Shown here piece after piece: positions 1-13,799 of a stretch of DNA of 64,000 nucleotides. Origin of the DNA: Callorhinchus milii (taxonomy: Eukaryota); the NCBI RefSeq assembly GCF_018977255.1, contig NW_024704751.1:8432001-8496000 (forward strand), written 5' to 3'. Numbering within the stretch: the stretch's first letter is position 1; each line of letters starts with the position of its first letter. Below the pieces are notes generated by a model. The model was not told where the DNA came from. It did no database searches and saw only the letters and a list, made by a program, of their open reading frames with translations. A program made the translations under genes and the position numbers.

Positions 1-318
1 CCCACAAAATACACAGTCAATTCACTTTACAGTGTGTTCTGTGAAGCGCTTTGGGACGTCCTCCCGACATGAAAAGCGCTATATCAAATGCAAGGATTAT
101 TATTATTATTATATTCTGTAAAGCACTTTGACATGTGTTGAAGCTGTGATAAGGCGCAAATGCAAGGATTATTATTATTATTCATAGTTAAATGAGTTAA
201 TTCAGTGTGATTCCTTAAAAGGACCACTTTTATTCTATGTTTGTGGTATGCCACTCCTTAGGAACTTTGACTTCACCTTTTAATTTGATAAATCTAATAC
301 TATCTTTTTGTTTTATAG

Positions 319-444
319 CTTAAGGCTGGGTTCGTTATGAACCTGGTGGGAGTGGTTTGCGTTACTGTATCCGTCAATACCTGGGGTTGGATGTTTTTCA
401 ATATGGACCAATTTCCTGCCTGGGCAAACACTACGAATTTATGA
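319..444 (+). CDS. Last coding exon of an upstream tandem SLC13 (SLC13A5-like) paralog; the rest of the gene lies left of the window
   Basis: Acceptor ttttatag, then [41 protein letters not shown]. Nearly identical to 9757-9882. AATAAA at ~1210. Confidence 0.85.
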   Translation, partial: LKAGFVMNLVGVVCVTVSVNTWGWMFFNMDQFPAWANTTNL

Positions 445-864
445 TGTGGCAAGCTGCTCAGAAAGTCACGTCCATACCTCGTATCAAACATTATTTGAGG
501 TTACTTACACGCCAAGAACACTGAAGCCTGCCAATCAGAATATACCATATGTTCAATGAACTCCAGAAAACAAAAAAACTCCACCAAACCAAGCTGTGAA
601 ACCCCTTTCCTCCTTCTACATTAGGGTCAATTATAGTACCTTACAACCTCTTCTATGTTATTCTTAATGGTGATATCCTGCAGTCAGGCAATGTTGGCAG
701 CAGTTATTGGAGTCCTGGTCCTTTCCCATTTATTGCTTATTTATTCTCATTAAAAGTGATTGTGGAATGGTGTTTAATGGCAGTTCCTCAGTTATGATTA
801 TTAAATGTATGTCTGTCCAACTACTGGGATTTTAATGATTTTTAATATATTGATAAGTTGACTC

Positions 865-1110
865 CACTCCCTACTCGAGTCTCCCCAATCCGAGTTCCGA
901 CCTGCCCACAGCACCAAGCCAGTGCGTGTCAAAGTTACAAATGACGTCCTCTCTCTGTGTGCCTCCCTCTGCCTCCTTGTCCTGCTGAACCTTTTCGCTG
1001 CTTTCAACAGTGTTGATCACGCCATCCTCCTCGACTGCCTCGCCTTCATCCACTTCAGTAGGATCGCACTGTCCTGGTTCGAGTTCTATGTGAGCTACCG
1101 CCATCACTAT
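865..1110 (+). mobile_element. Degenerate L2/CR1-clade LINE reverse-transcriptase fragment in the SLC13 3' UTR
   Basis: Translates to QSEFRPAHSTKPVRVKVTNDVL...LVLLNLFAAFNSVDHAILLDCL, resembling the L2 RT motif QSGFRxxHSTETALxKVxND...LLDLSAAFDTVDH. Duplicated at ~10303-10548. Confidence 0.8.
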
Positions 1111-2294
1111 GCCTCTGCAAAGATTCTGGAAGGGTTAATGGCCGGTATTCATTGTCAACCCACTGACAGACACGATGTGCAATGAAGCAACAATAGGGAC
1201 AATTGCAGTAATAAACTGAAAGAATTGTATTTATTTTGACTTTGAGTACACAGCAGGTTAAGCCTGACATTGATTGTATAATTAGAATGTACAGTATACT
1301 GTACTAAACACACGTAGTGAACATACACCTGGCAGTGATGAGTTCTTGTGAAGGCATTCCTGCCAGTGAATGTCCACCCGAACTATAAAAAAAAGTGCTG
1401 GATATTAATAATAATAATAATATTCTTGCATTTCATACAGTGCCTGATCACATCTCTGAGATGCCTCAAAGTGATTCACAGAATATACCATATAGCGAAT
1501 CGACTGTACATTTTGTAGGTGAAACACAATTGCACACAGCGATGTCCCACAAACAGTTGTGGATTGAATGACCAAATTATTATTATGATTATCTTTTTTN
1601 AAGGGATTTTTATACACAGACTGAGGTGGTTTAATGGATAGTGAAGATCAGACTGTAAAAGGCATGTGGTTTGTGCTCTCTTCCTCTGTCTCAAAATCAG
1701 CCTGACTTGGGGACACTTTTAGCTCTAATTTTGACAGCAATATGTTGGTGTAAGAGGTTTTTTCAGTTAAATGAATCATCCCTTTAATTTTCTCCTAAAG
1801 TTAGCTCAAACGTGAAGCATTTGCTGCCTGGTTCAGAGGGGTTTGGTGTCAATGAAAATGAATACCAAGACATTGGTGGGGCTGGGGGTGTGGGGGGTGG
1901 GGGTCTGAGCTGTGGTTCAGCATGACACTGCCCAGCTATTTACATGCTCTGTTTGTCTCTCTGTGCGCTCAGCTCATGCGCTTTTGACGCATCAAGTCCC
2001 AGCTCATGGTATCAATGTGATGTCGGTCACAGCTGAGGTTGGGACAGACTGAGCTGGAGTTGGGAGGGGAATGATCAGCAAGAAGACAATCAGCAAAACA
2101 GATCCCCCTGGACAGTCCCCCTGATCTCCAGACCCAGGTTGTGAACACAGGACAGGAGAGTCGGGGCAAAAGCCCCCAATCCATCTCTGGGACACACTGG
2201 GCTGATAGGGACACCCGCACACACCAGGTTCTCCATCTCTTCACTGCTGAGACTCACGCTGTGTGTGTGTGAGTGTGTGAGTGAGTGAGTGGGA

Positions 2295-5200
2295 ATGTTT
2301 GCAGACACATTGCTTCCCACCCTAAGGTTTCTCAGGGCCAACTGGAGCTATCTGGTTTTAATCCTGACGCCTATTATACTTTTGCCTTTACCCCTCCTGA
2401 TACCGAGCAAGGTGAGATCTTTAACATACTTTACTTCTACTCTAGTTATATACCCGTCCTCTGACAACCCCCCCCACCCCAATAGATCCATCCTACCTTC
2501 TTCTGCATCCATTGCACTCAGCCTCCAGGTGGAAGAGAGTTTAGTGGAAATCCAATGGAAATCCACAACAGCTCAATCAGTGTCTGCAGCAAACAAACTG
2601 GTTGATGTTTGGGGGTTGAGCCTTCAATCAGAATTGCAGTTGGGGCAGAGGTGCCAGACATAGAACCTCAGTGGGTGCCCAGTACAGGAAGTTTGAGCTG
2701 ATTCACTTTATCTTCTCCTTTGTCTCCTCCAGACCCTCCTCGTCAACCACGCTTTCGGTCACCCTCCTATACCCCTACCCTCCCTGCTGTCCACCCTTCC
2801 TGATCCCAGTCCCAACCCCCAGCTCGGGTCCAAATCCTTGACTGTCCAACGCCTTGGGACTTCTTCCTGATGTGATGTTGTTGTTACAGATAGCGACTTG
2901 TGGATACACCATTCTCCTCATGGCTGTGTTCTGGAGCACGGAAGTCATTCCTTTGGGCATCACATCGCTCATTCCCATAGTCCTCATCCCAATGTTTGGA
3001 ATCATGCCAAATGAAAAAGTGAGCAAGGTTCAGCCTAGTCAATCATCACGTCACAAATACCTCTCGACGCACACAGGCAGTGACAAAACATAAACATTCA
3101 CATCATTACTATTGTGTTGGCTTCACCACAATCGACAGGGCTTTCTGTCCAATGCCTACCATCTACATTCATGATGGCAGAGCTTCATTGGATAAGTAAG
3201 CACAGCACATCTGCTTTAACATTAGTCTTGAAAGATAAGAGATTGTATTGTGGGAGAGACGCCAGTAAATGGTGAGACACCTTAAGTTATAACATTTAGA
3301 ATTATCTGACATTTCATTATCCGACAATTTCACCCACAAAATATACAACCAATTCACTCTACAGTATATGCTGTGAAGGCACTATATCAAGTATTATTAT
3401 TGTTGGTTCAGATGGACATTCTTTACCCTATATAACACAGCAAATACACAGCTGGCAGCCTCAGTAACACAGTCACACCAATGAAATGCTACCATGTGGT
3501 TCTTTGTGTTCTAGGTGGCTTTGCAGTACATGAAGGATACGACCATGCTCTTTGTTGGCGGTTTAATGGTAGCTATCGCCATTGAAGAATGGAACCTCCA
3601 CAAACGTATTGCATTGAGGGTGCTCTTGTATGTTGGAGTCAAGCCGGCTTGGTAACAATGACCTACATTGATATAGCGCCCTTCACGCGCATTAGTGTGC
3701 TAGAGCACTTGACAGTGGCGGTGTCTGACACTGAGCCAGGGGGGAGAGTGAGGTGGTGGGGAGGTGACCCTAAGCATGATCAAAACGGAAGGTCTTTAGG
3801 CGGGATTTGAAAGCAGCAAGGGAAGGGGCCAAGGCGGAAGGATTGAGGCAGAGAGTTTTACAGTTTTGGGGCGTAGGGACTGAAGGCACGGTCATCGATG
3901 GTGGAGCAGAGGGGACGAGGGACAAACAGGAGGCCGGAACCAGAAGAGCGGAGACAGCGGGTGGAGGAGAGGGTTGGGGGTGTGTGAACAGATCGGAGAG
4001 GTAGGGAGATGCGAGGGCATGAAGGGATTTGAAAACGATTGAGAGGATCTTGAAATCGATCCTGGACTACAATACATCCAGAAAGAGCTCCCTCTCTTTC
4101 GGAGTGTAGTAGCTGAGAATGAGAGGGAGCAGAAGGGAGAGCCTCTCTCAACCTCTTACATCTTGTGGGCTTGTGGAGTCCTGTAGCTCAGTGGTTAGAG
4201 CACTCGCTTTGCAAGCGAGAGACCTGGGTTCAATTCCCAGCAGGGTGAAACCTTGGGCAAGTTTCCTTACTCCACACGCCTGATAATCCCTCCAAAAAAA
4301 ATAATAATAAAAAATTGGTCACTTCAATCCACAACTGTTTGTGGGACACTGGTGTGTGCAATCGGCTGCAGCATTTTGCCCACAAATGTACAGTCAATTC
4401 ACTTTACAGTCTATTCTGAGAAGCACTTTGAGACGTCTAGAAGACGTGAAAAGCGCTGTATCAAATGCAAGGATTATTATTATTATTATTATAGGCAAAT
4501 TGTTAAAGTTCTTGTTGCTCGCAGGTTAACACTGGGACTGATGGGGGTGACAGCATTCCTCTCCATGTGGATCAGCAACACGGCCACCACTGCAATGATG
4601 GTCCCCATCGCACAAGCCGTGTTGGATCAGCTCAGTCTGAGCGAGGATAGGTTTGAAGAGACAATTGAAGAGGAGTTGCAAGCAAAACAATCACTTAACC
4701 TGCTACCCGAAGAAATACCAGTCTTGAAAATATTTCCAGGTAACAGTCATAAAACAGCTTGCAAGACTTGTTTGACTTTGAAATGCATTTCTTCTTCTAT
4801 AGTTTGCCCTCAATAACAACAATTTCATGCGGTGCCTTTCACGTCAGGAGGACTGGCACTAACAGGAGGAGGGAGGAAGTGGTTGGTGATGGAAACAGAA
4901 GCCTCGGGATGCTCCGGGATGTAAGGGGATCCGAGACACTATCCCGTGTGAAGGGTGTTGTACGAGTTCAGATTGTTTTTGTAGGGTTGACTTTGGCCTT
5001 CAGGATGATTGTGCAGCTACCAGTGTCCTGTCTGAGCTCCTATCAGTGGTTTGGTTATTTTCTGACACACTCACTCCACGTTAAAATTGAAATGGGAATG
5101 TTTCAACAGATAATGAAAAGGCAACCAGAGCGAGAAGGAATCTCTACAAGCTGGTCACTCTGTGCATCTGTTACTCCGCCAGCATCGGTGGCACAGCGAC

Positions 5201-8200
5201 CCTGACCGGCACAGGACCCAACCTGGTGTTGGAGGGACAGTTTAACCAGTGAGTGCTGCCGTTTCTATTGCTCACACAGCTACTCTCAGTGGCTCAATCT
5301 ACGTGAAAGTGTTGAAGCTACCTAAACTCTATCCCAGGCTGTGAATTACTGCCCAAACTGTCCACTAACATTCTCTGCCCTGTGAGAATATTAGCTGAGG
5401 TTCTCACCCGCCTCCCATCAGAAATATTGCTCTCATTCCCTCTTGTGCTTCATTGTAAATAGTCAGAATCCAGAGCGCCCACTCTGGATAACATTACTCT
5501 GTGATGCACACAGCCATTCTGTTATATAAACCCTAATAGAATACCGGTGCAGATAAAACCAGTATCAGGCTTAGAGTTGGTGGGTTAAACACTCCCTGAC
5601 ACCTTCACGTAAACACATGCATTTGTAGCCGAGATTCTTTGCATGTTCTCTTCATTTGTCTGATTCGAAGGATTTGGAACTTATGTTCTAATAAGGTAAA
5701 CCCAATGAATCTCATTTTTTAGTCTCCTCTGCCTCTAATGCTTCTTTTAGTTGATCTCAACTGTCTTTCCGAAGCCTCCTGGATTCTCACTGCTTGTGTT
5801 CCTTGTCTATTTCTGTGTCTAACATATTTGTGTTTATTTAAAAAGGTTATTCCCAGAAAATGGGGGCGTAATTACTTTTAGTTCGTGGTTTGTGTACGCT
5901 TTCCCCAACATGCTGATCATGCTGTTTCTCTGCTGGATATGGCTGCAGATATATTTTCTGGGATTTAAGTAAGTATCATATCTTATATAAATGTAAGTTG
6001 TTGTTATAATATTGAAAGAATGTTTTGTGGTTATGATTTGCATTTTTTGATATGTCCCTTTCCATTTTTCTTAGCTCCCCTAATCTCTTGTTTGACCTCT
6101 TCTGTACAGTCTGGTTTGTATTCAGCCCAAGGGTCAATCTCTCCTTTCTCCCTACACACTTTATAAACCTTCCTTTTCTTCATCTCCCTTTGTATTTTAC
6201 TATTTATCCAAGCTAAGGCTTAGGGACGCCGGAGTGTGTGTTGGGAGTTCTGCTGGAGTTTAACCAGCCCAAACCCTCGCCCCCCCTCCACCCCAATCTT
6301 TTGGGCTTTGTCTTGCATGGTGAACAAGAGGAAAAATGGAAGAGTCCCTCCTTCCATGACTGGTCTGTCATCAGCAACCAAACTACTCAGACCACCACAG
6401 AGACATGTCGCTATTCCGACATTCTATTGCCAAGCATATCTCTTTGAGCCTAGTTCAGCCTCAAGGAGACCAAATAGCTTATCTCTCCCCCAAGAAGGAT
6501 AGCCACGAGTTAGTCAGTTGATATCTACCTCGGTTTGAGCCCTCATTAGCTGAATGGCAGCTTCCAGGAACTTCCTGTGAGCGATCTGGTGAACAGCACA
6601 GCTCAGCATGAAATGCCAAAGGGCACTGCCACCAGCCTCCTGGCACAGTTCAGACACATACCTTTCCTTCTACAATGTGTCATTACATAATATGGCAGTG
6701 GATAAAGCACCTTTCATGTCAGGAGAATATTTCAAAGAGCTTCATAGAGTTTACAGTGACTGTGTACTTTTGGGCAAATTGAAGTGCATTCTGAGATGGA
6801 TCTTGTTCCAACAGTTTCAAAATATTGTGGGGCTGTGGATTATTGAAAACGTGGAAGGAGATAGCAGCCTACCAGGTCATCAAAGAGGAGTACAAGAAGT
6901 TGGGCAAGATGTCCTTTGCTGAAATCCTTGTTCTCATCCTCTTCATCTTCCTGGTGCTTCTGTGGTTCACTCGGAATCCTGGATTCATGCCTGGCTGGGC
7001 TACAGTGATCTTCGGCAAAAGCAAAAAGTAAGTTCTGTATTTTAATCTTCAAACAAATGAGGCAAACGTGGTGTTGGGTTGCATTAGCAGAGAGATTAGC
7101 ACACCCAACAAAATAAGTGGGGGGTTTTTAATTGAGAAAAACAACAACAAATTACATTTATGTAGCACCTTTCACGTCGGGAGGACAATGCAAGGCTGTG
7201 GACAGTCAGGGATTTGGAGAAGCCTGTATGGATGGTCATGAACATGGCCTGCATGAACAGCGGCTCTCCTCCTGCACCACTACTGAATGCCGAAAAGACA
7301 GAGGCTCTCCTGCTTGGCTCCCATCATTTGCCTACACCCCTCAGACGCTGGTCACACCAAACTGCATGGATGGTCAATCCATCTGGCGCAGATACTGTGG
7401 AATCCCGGTGCTTGTTTGAGGTACTCCCTGCACTCAGCACTAGCGTGCTTCATGTCCCCTCTGATCCGCTTCACCATTGCTGGGCCAACTTTCAGGCATT
7501 CTGCTGGGTGAAGCGCTTTTTGAGATGTCCTCCTGACGTGAAAGGCGCCATATAAATGCAAATTGTTCTTCACAGTCCATTCTTCACTGCTTTTTTTCAG
7601 ATATATTTCTGATGGTACAACCGTAATGTTCATTGCGCTCCTCATGTACATTCTGCCATCAAAGAGACCACGATTGGAAAGCTTGTTTAAAGACAAATCC
7701 AGCACTGAGCAGCACATACAAGGTGTGTATCCAGGTTACGATCCTCCTCCCAGCAGTTGACACACACAGTACCTGTAACCAGTCTGTAAGGTTGCCCTGT
7801 TTGATGTGATAAGGCACAATACACTGCTGTGTGTAATTGGCTGCCGCATTTCACCCACAAAATACACAGTCAATCCACTTTTCCAGATATCCTGTGAAGC
7901 ACTTTGAGATGTCTCAACGTGATAAGGCGCTATATCAAATGCAAGGATTATTATTATTATTAATAATAGAAATGTAAGTTAGGTCTTTCTCCCTCATCAG
8001 CAGTGGAAGGCTAACCAGAAGTTATTAAAATGTCAACGTGTGATTTTCAAAGCTGGTTTATTGTTGTATTTCTTTATTAAATGCTGAACAGATGAAAAGC
8101 CTTCAACACTGTTGGATTGGGAAGTCGTGCAACGTAAACTACCGTGGAATGTGGTGCTGTTATTGGGAGGAGGCTTTGCCTTGGCAAAGAGCTGTGAGGT

Positions 8201-9882
8201 AATTGTAAATGCTTATCCGTCCACCTCCACAAGCAGAAATGGCTGCATGACACTTGCTCAGCGACACTTTGTGTGTAGTAACCCAAACAGTCCTGTCTAA
8301 AAGAGAACCCTCTACATCAAGATCTGAAAAAAGAACTTGTTCGGGTGAACTCATTGATTGTATTTGAATCCAGTCTGGACTTCCAAAGAGCCATTTTACA
8401 GGAGCTCAACCCTTTCTAATCCCAAAGCCAAATCTGTTCAACTTTCGGTCCCGATCTCCTCATTCAGTGAAAACCTTGTCTCACACAAATCAAACTCTCA
8501 CCCATGGTGGTGGTTTTCCCATCTTCATAGATGATGACTGACTGATGTCAAGCAGTTGGGTTGGATTGGTCATTCTTCTTGTTGCATCCGGAGACAGGAG
8601 CCAGACAGATTTCCCACAGAATTAGAAGCTCTGACCCTGGTATTGTGACATGATTCTGTTCTACTTTCAGGCATCAGGTCTGTCCAGATGGTTGGGTAAC
8701 CAGCTCAACCCACTGAAGACCATCCCACACTGGGGCATCGTGATTATATTATGCTTACTGATATCCATCTTTACAGAGTGCACCAGCAACATTGCCACTG
8801 CCACTCTCTTCCTCCCCATCCTGGCTTCACTGGTAAGCAGGGCCTCTTTTCATTTGTTTCACAAGTTGTCTCTTGCTCAAGTCTACATCATATAAGATGC
8901 ATGGTAAGACGGAAACCATTCAGGGTTCAATGTGAGTTTTCCCAGTTCAATTTGTCTTCAATATAAGCGTTTAGGTGGGCTTTAAAGCGATCACCTCTCC
9001 CTCATTCAGTGTCCGACCTGCCACAGTACAGCACCTCAAGACGTGAGGAGCATTGTATAAATGTAAGTCATTGTCTCAAAGTAAAAGATATCTGTTGCTA
9101 ACTAATTTCTTTTCTGCTTATCATTCCAGGCTGTAAAGCTTAAGATCAACCCTCTGTATGTAATGATTCCTTCCACTATAACGACTTCCTTTTCCTTCAT
9201 GTTGCCTGTAGCAACTCCTCCCAATGCCATAGTTTTCTCCTATGGGCACTTGACAGTCATGGACATGGTAAGTAGTACAAAGAGTTGCAAGTGAGAGGAT
9301 CCGAGTTCGATTCCCGGGCAGGGTGAAACGTTAGGCAAGTTTCCTTACTCCACATGTCTCTGCTTCCCTGGCAGTAAATAACAACTTGTTTGTTAGTTGA
9401 TTGGCAGATCGCTTTCCGGGGGTAATAATCCGTTTTTTAAAAATAATGATGTTGTCACTCAATCCACGATCGTTTGTGGACACTGCTGTGCGCAATTGGC
9501 TGCTGCGTTTCGCCCACAAAATACACAGTCAATTCACTTTACAATATATTCTGTAAAGTAGTTTGACATGTGTTGAAGTTGTGATAAGGCGCAATATCAA
9601 ATGCAAGGATTATTATTCATTGTTATTAAATGAGTTAATTCAGTATGATTCCTTAAAAGGACCACTTTTATTCTATGTTTGTGGTATGCCACTCCTTTGG
9701 AACTTTGACTTCGCCTTTTAATTTGAAAAATCTAATACTATCTTTTTCTTTTATAGGTTAAGGCTGGGTTCGTTATGAACCTGGTGGGAGTGGTTTGCGT
9801 TACTGTATCCGTCAATACCTGGGGTTGGATGTTTTTCAATATGGACCAATTTCCTGCCTGGGCAAACACTACAAATTTATGA
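2295..9882 (+). CDS. SLC13A5: SLC13 family Na+-coupled di/tricarboxylate transporter, SLC13A5 (NaCT)-like; 12 exons, ~575 aa
   Basis: Exons 2295-2411, 2890-3018, 3515-3651, 4525-4739, 5110-5248, 5846-5968, 6815-7027, 7601-7722, 8092-8198, 8671-8832, 9130-9267, 9757-9882. All GT-AG, total 1728 nt in frame. Motifs [77 protein letters not shown]5 rather than A2 is chosen from linkage to MED31; sequence alone is ambiguous. Confidence 0.85.
3700..4085 (-). mobile_element. Degenerate L2-type LINE 3' fragment
   Basis: Minus strand shows remnants of the L2 ORF2 C-terminus ([11 protein letters not shown]), as in the better copy at 48177-48790. Confidence 0.55.
4175..4492 (+). mobile_element. tRNA-derived SINE (Ala-like head, central body, L2-like tail with (TAT)n)
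   Basis: Head gtagctcagtggttagagcactcgctttgcaagcgagagacctgggttcaattccc has A and B boxes and a TGC anticodon-like loop. Body matches the family motif gctgtgtgcaattggctgc...cccacaaa. Tail aagcgctgtatcaaatgcaaggattattatt. Dozens of partial copies occur in the window. Confidence 0.85.
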
Positions 9883-10778
9883 TGTGGCAAGCTGCTCAGA
9901 AAGTCACGTCCATACCTCGTATCAAACATTATTTGAGGTTACTTACACGCTAAGAACACTGAAGCCTGCCAATCAGAATATACCATATGTTCAATGAACT
10001 CCAGAAAACAAAAAAACTCCACCAAACCAAGCTGTGAAACCCCTTCCCTCCTTCTACATTAGGGTCAATTATAGTACCTTACAACCTCTTCTATGTTATT
10101 CTTAATGGTGATATCCTGCAGTCAGGCAATGTTGGCAGCAGTTATTGGAGTCCTGGTCCTTTCCCATTTATTGCTTATTTATTCTCATTAAAAGTGATTG
10201 TGGAATGGTGTTTAATGGCAGTTCCTCAGTTATGATTATTAAATGTATGTCTGTCCAACTACTGGGATTTTAATGATTTTTAATATATTGATAAGTTGAC
10301 TCCACTCCCTACTCGAGTCTCCCCAATCCGAGTTCCGACCTGCCCACAGCACCAAGCCAGTGCGTGTCAAAGTTACAAATGACGTCCTCTCTCTGTGTGC
10401 CTCCCTCTGCCTCCTTGTCCTGCTGAACCTTTTCGCTGCTTTCAACAGTGTTGATCACGCCATCCTCCTCGACTGCCTCGCCTTCATCCACTTCAGTAGG
10501 ATCGCACTGTCCTGGTTCGAGTTCTATGTGAGCTACCGCCATCACTATGCCTCTGCAAAGATTCTGGAAGGGTTAGTGGCCGGTATTCATTGTCAACCCA
10601 CTGACAGACACGATGTGCAATGAAGCAACAATAGGGACAATTGCAGTAATAAACTGAAAGAATTGTATTTATTTTGACTTTGAGTACACAGCAGGTTAAG
10701 CCTGACATTGATTGTATAATTAGAATGTACAGTATACTGTACTAAACACACGTAGTGAACATACACCTGGCAGTGATG
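9547..10778 (+). repeat. Direct segmental duplication, copy 2
   Basis: Matches ~111-1340 at offset 9438. Confidence 0.95.
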
Positions 10779-11769
10779 CTTTCCGAAGCAAACGGATTGA
10801 GGCAGGAACACAAAAGAAGGAAAAACTCACTCCAGAGAGGTGAATACACCGAGGGTCTAGGGTGGGTGGAAAGAAAAGAAGAATTGTTCTGGTTTCTATA
10901 CAATTGATGATGCTACATTTCAGTTAACTTCGCACGATTCCTTGATTCACAAGGCATCGAATTGTACCTGCCATCTTTCAGGGGGAAAAAAATCCTCACC
11001 CATCAAAACCGAAGAGCAGATTTGGGTCATAACCATCCAGTTGATGTTCAAATACAAACTGCTACAGACTGCATTCAAACAAGCTGTAGAGTCATCTGTA
11101 AATCACACCACTGATATTCTCAAATCAAATGCCTCCTATCGTAGAACCAAGTATAAGAATTAATCTAATTTTCCAGCAAGCATAATTCAGCAAAGTTGAG
11201 AGAAAGGCAGATATTTACGATATCCTGCTCAGGTGCAGAATTCCAATTTACCATTCCCATTGATCCTCCATTACCAGGAATCCCATGGGATTGAACACAC
11301 AAAGACAATCACAGTAGTAATCCTTGCATTTGATATATATTAATATTATCCTTGCATTTATAACACCTTATTGTTTCTTTGAGAGAAGTGCTTCACATGA
11401 TTTTACTTTGAAGTGCAGTGTCTGTATTTGTAGATGTATTTGCGCACAACCCATCATGAAGTGAGAAACCAATTTTATTTAGGGTTCTTTTTTTTGGCCA
11501 GGACACCAGGAGACAGAAACTCACGTCTCTTTTCGAATAGAGCCATGGGATCTTTAACAGCTACCTAAACATCCAGATGGGACATCAGTTCCAATGTCTT
11601 ATCCAGCGCTTCCAACAAAAAAGCATACCCCCAGCAATCCATTGGTGTGTCAACCTGGACTGTGAGTTCAAAGTCCTGATGTATGGCTTGAACCCACAAC
11701 CTTCTGACTCAGAGGTGAGAGTACTAAAACTTGAGACAGGCTGACACCGAATCATACTGTTTAGCACAA

Positions 11770-13751
11770 TTAAATCTGAGCCCTGAACTGAGGCTCCAAC
11801 AGATAACCCCACATTGCATTATAGGGGTGAACAAGGATTGTTGGCTGATTCTTGCCATCAACCATCAACTTCCTCTCATTGGCCCATTTCACCAATCCCC
11901 CCTCCATATTATATACCTTCAATAGTCCTTGCAAGCTCTGGCCAGAATTGATGGCTAAATATTGATTGAGCTTTTGGGCCACTTTTGAGGAACGGTATCC
12001 CACGGTACAGTAGCAGACAAGGTCCTTGTTCTCTTTATTGTCTGAAACACAAAATAAAACCAGAATAAATCAAAGAGCAGACTGGGTGAGATGAATAAGC
12101 TACTATTTTAAATGCCTGTTGATTCTAAGAGGAAGGGAAGACAAGGGAAGGTGTGGAGTTCTGGGCTTGAAAGAACATTGGCAAATTGAAGATGGCGCTA
12201 TGAGTTTTGAACTCAACACAAGTGAGAACGCAGGACATAGGAACAGTGTGTAGGACGAAAAATTTAGAACTTAGATGGCACAAGAGAGGAAAGTTCATCG
12301 GAGTATTGACAATGACAATTGTCCTTACACTTGATCACTTTAAAACATTTTAAAGCACTTCACTGATTTTTCTGGAGTGACTGCAAATATAAAGCTTCAG
12401 TTAAACAGAGGAAGACAAGCAGTTACAACAGAGATAAAGAAGCAAGAACTATAATGGCTTTATTTGAGGATCCAGCTGATAGATTTTCCCCTTACTTAAC
12501 TACACTTTGCTTTCCTGGTAAATGCTTCACTAATATTCTATTTATTATGTTGTCTTATTCTCGACATGAATGATACAGCAACTAATAAAACAATCATATA
12601 ATGAATTAATACAATATAACACAATCTACCTGCCAGGTCCAGACTTTGGACCACTTCATCCATATTGACGGTGTCTGGATCAACGTGTACAGCGCCTTCT
12701 AGGTGACTGACCTCATATTCAGCTAAACTCCGAGTGTCCTGAAGAGAAAAAGGATGTTCAAAACTGTAAGTCCTTTGTCATTCCGGTGTCTTATTAGCTA
12801 ACAGAACATGACCGCCAGAAAAACGGAACGATTCCCATTCTCCCTGAAGAAGGTTCAATAGAAAGTTTCCTAATTCACATTCAAGAAGGAGCCACACATT
12901 CAATTAAACTCAATGGAACATTACTCACGGACACTGAACAGATCCCAGTTGAGCCAACTCGTGCTCAGCAGAGCAGTTCACATCACACATTCAAGAGAGA
13001 CTTTTTGAAGCAGAGCCCCAATTCTCAAATATTCAAGAGACGACCAGTCATTGTACAGATGTCAGACTCAGTTAGCTCAGTCGGCTCCGCCATTGCATCT
13101 CCCCTAAGGCTGCCGAGACCCTCATCCACGCATTCATCCCATCCAGGCTTCATTATGCTAGCTCCCTGCTTTCCAGTTCGTTCAGGTTCTCTGCAGATCC
13201 TTTGTTAGGAAGAAGGAGTATGTTTTCCAAGATATTTTGGGCAGTCCATGGTTTACTCTGATAAAGGTTTCAGAGAAAGATCTGTTGGAAAATTCCCAAA
13301 CTCTCAGCAGGTCCGTGCATAATTAACTAAGGTTGAAACCTTTCCGGGAAACCCAAAGTACAGGCTTTGTGTGAGTGTAATTGCTGGTCTATGCCGAAAT
13401 ATATCTAAGTCTATATATATCTATATATAAGTCCATGCAGTTAAGCAGTGCTTATTCTTACTAAATACTATTTTCAAATGTACATAATCCCTCCCTCACT
13501 AGTCTGAACATTTTAATACAGTTCTAAATTTACCAGAGTGGAGAAGCCTGTCTCAATGACGTGATAAGGTGCCATATCAAATGTAAGGATTATTATTATT
13601 GCTGTTGCATGGCAGTGCTGCCACAGTAAACGCTCACCAGCAGCACCAGCTGATCTCTCTCGGCCTCCAGCAAATCCCGAACCGTGTCGGTCGAAACTGC
13701 TTCCACCCCCTGAGAAGAGTGACGAACAAACGCGCTCACTTGTTTCAGCAT
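11770..13751 (-). CDS. Single-domain rhodanese-like (sulfurtransferase) protein A; 3 exons, 164 aa
   Basis: Exons 13751-13638, 12738-12630, 12041-11770 (GT-AG, phases 0 and 1, 495 nt). MLKQVSAFVRHSSQGVEAVSTDTVRDLLEAERDQLVLL/DTRSLAEYEVSHLEGAVHVDPD...DLVCYCTVGYRSSKVAQKL...VYNMEGGLVKWANERKLMVDGKNQPTILVHPYNAMWGYLLEPQFRAQI. Rhodanese hallmarks: LLDxR, EYxxSHLxGA, YCxxGxRS, YNLEGGxxxW. Confidence 0.88.
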
Positions 13752-13799
13752 AGTGAGCCCGAGGTGCTACCCGTTCATTCCGGACCAGGGTGGGCACGT

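Larger units (their letters stand above)
111..1340 (+). repeat. Direct segmental duplication, copy 1 (copy 2 at ~9547-10778, offset 9438)
   Basis: Near-identical sequence, and the ORF track repeats (300/9738, 801/10239, 871/10309, 922/10360, 1055/10493). Homology ends after gcagtgatg at 1340 and 10778. Confidence 0.95.

Noticed and set aside
871-1185. Duplicated 78-87 aa ORFs as a possible small gene
   Set aside because: Decayed LINE RT fragment inside the duplicated 3' UTR.
4175-4250. tRNA-Ala(TGC)-like gene (also at ~16090, ~21240 and ~47270 on the minus strand)
   Set aside because: Copies are degenerate and run directly into a repeated SINE body, so they are SINE heads, not tRNA genes.
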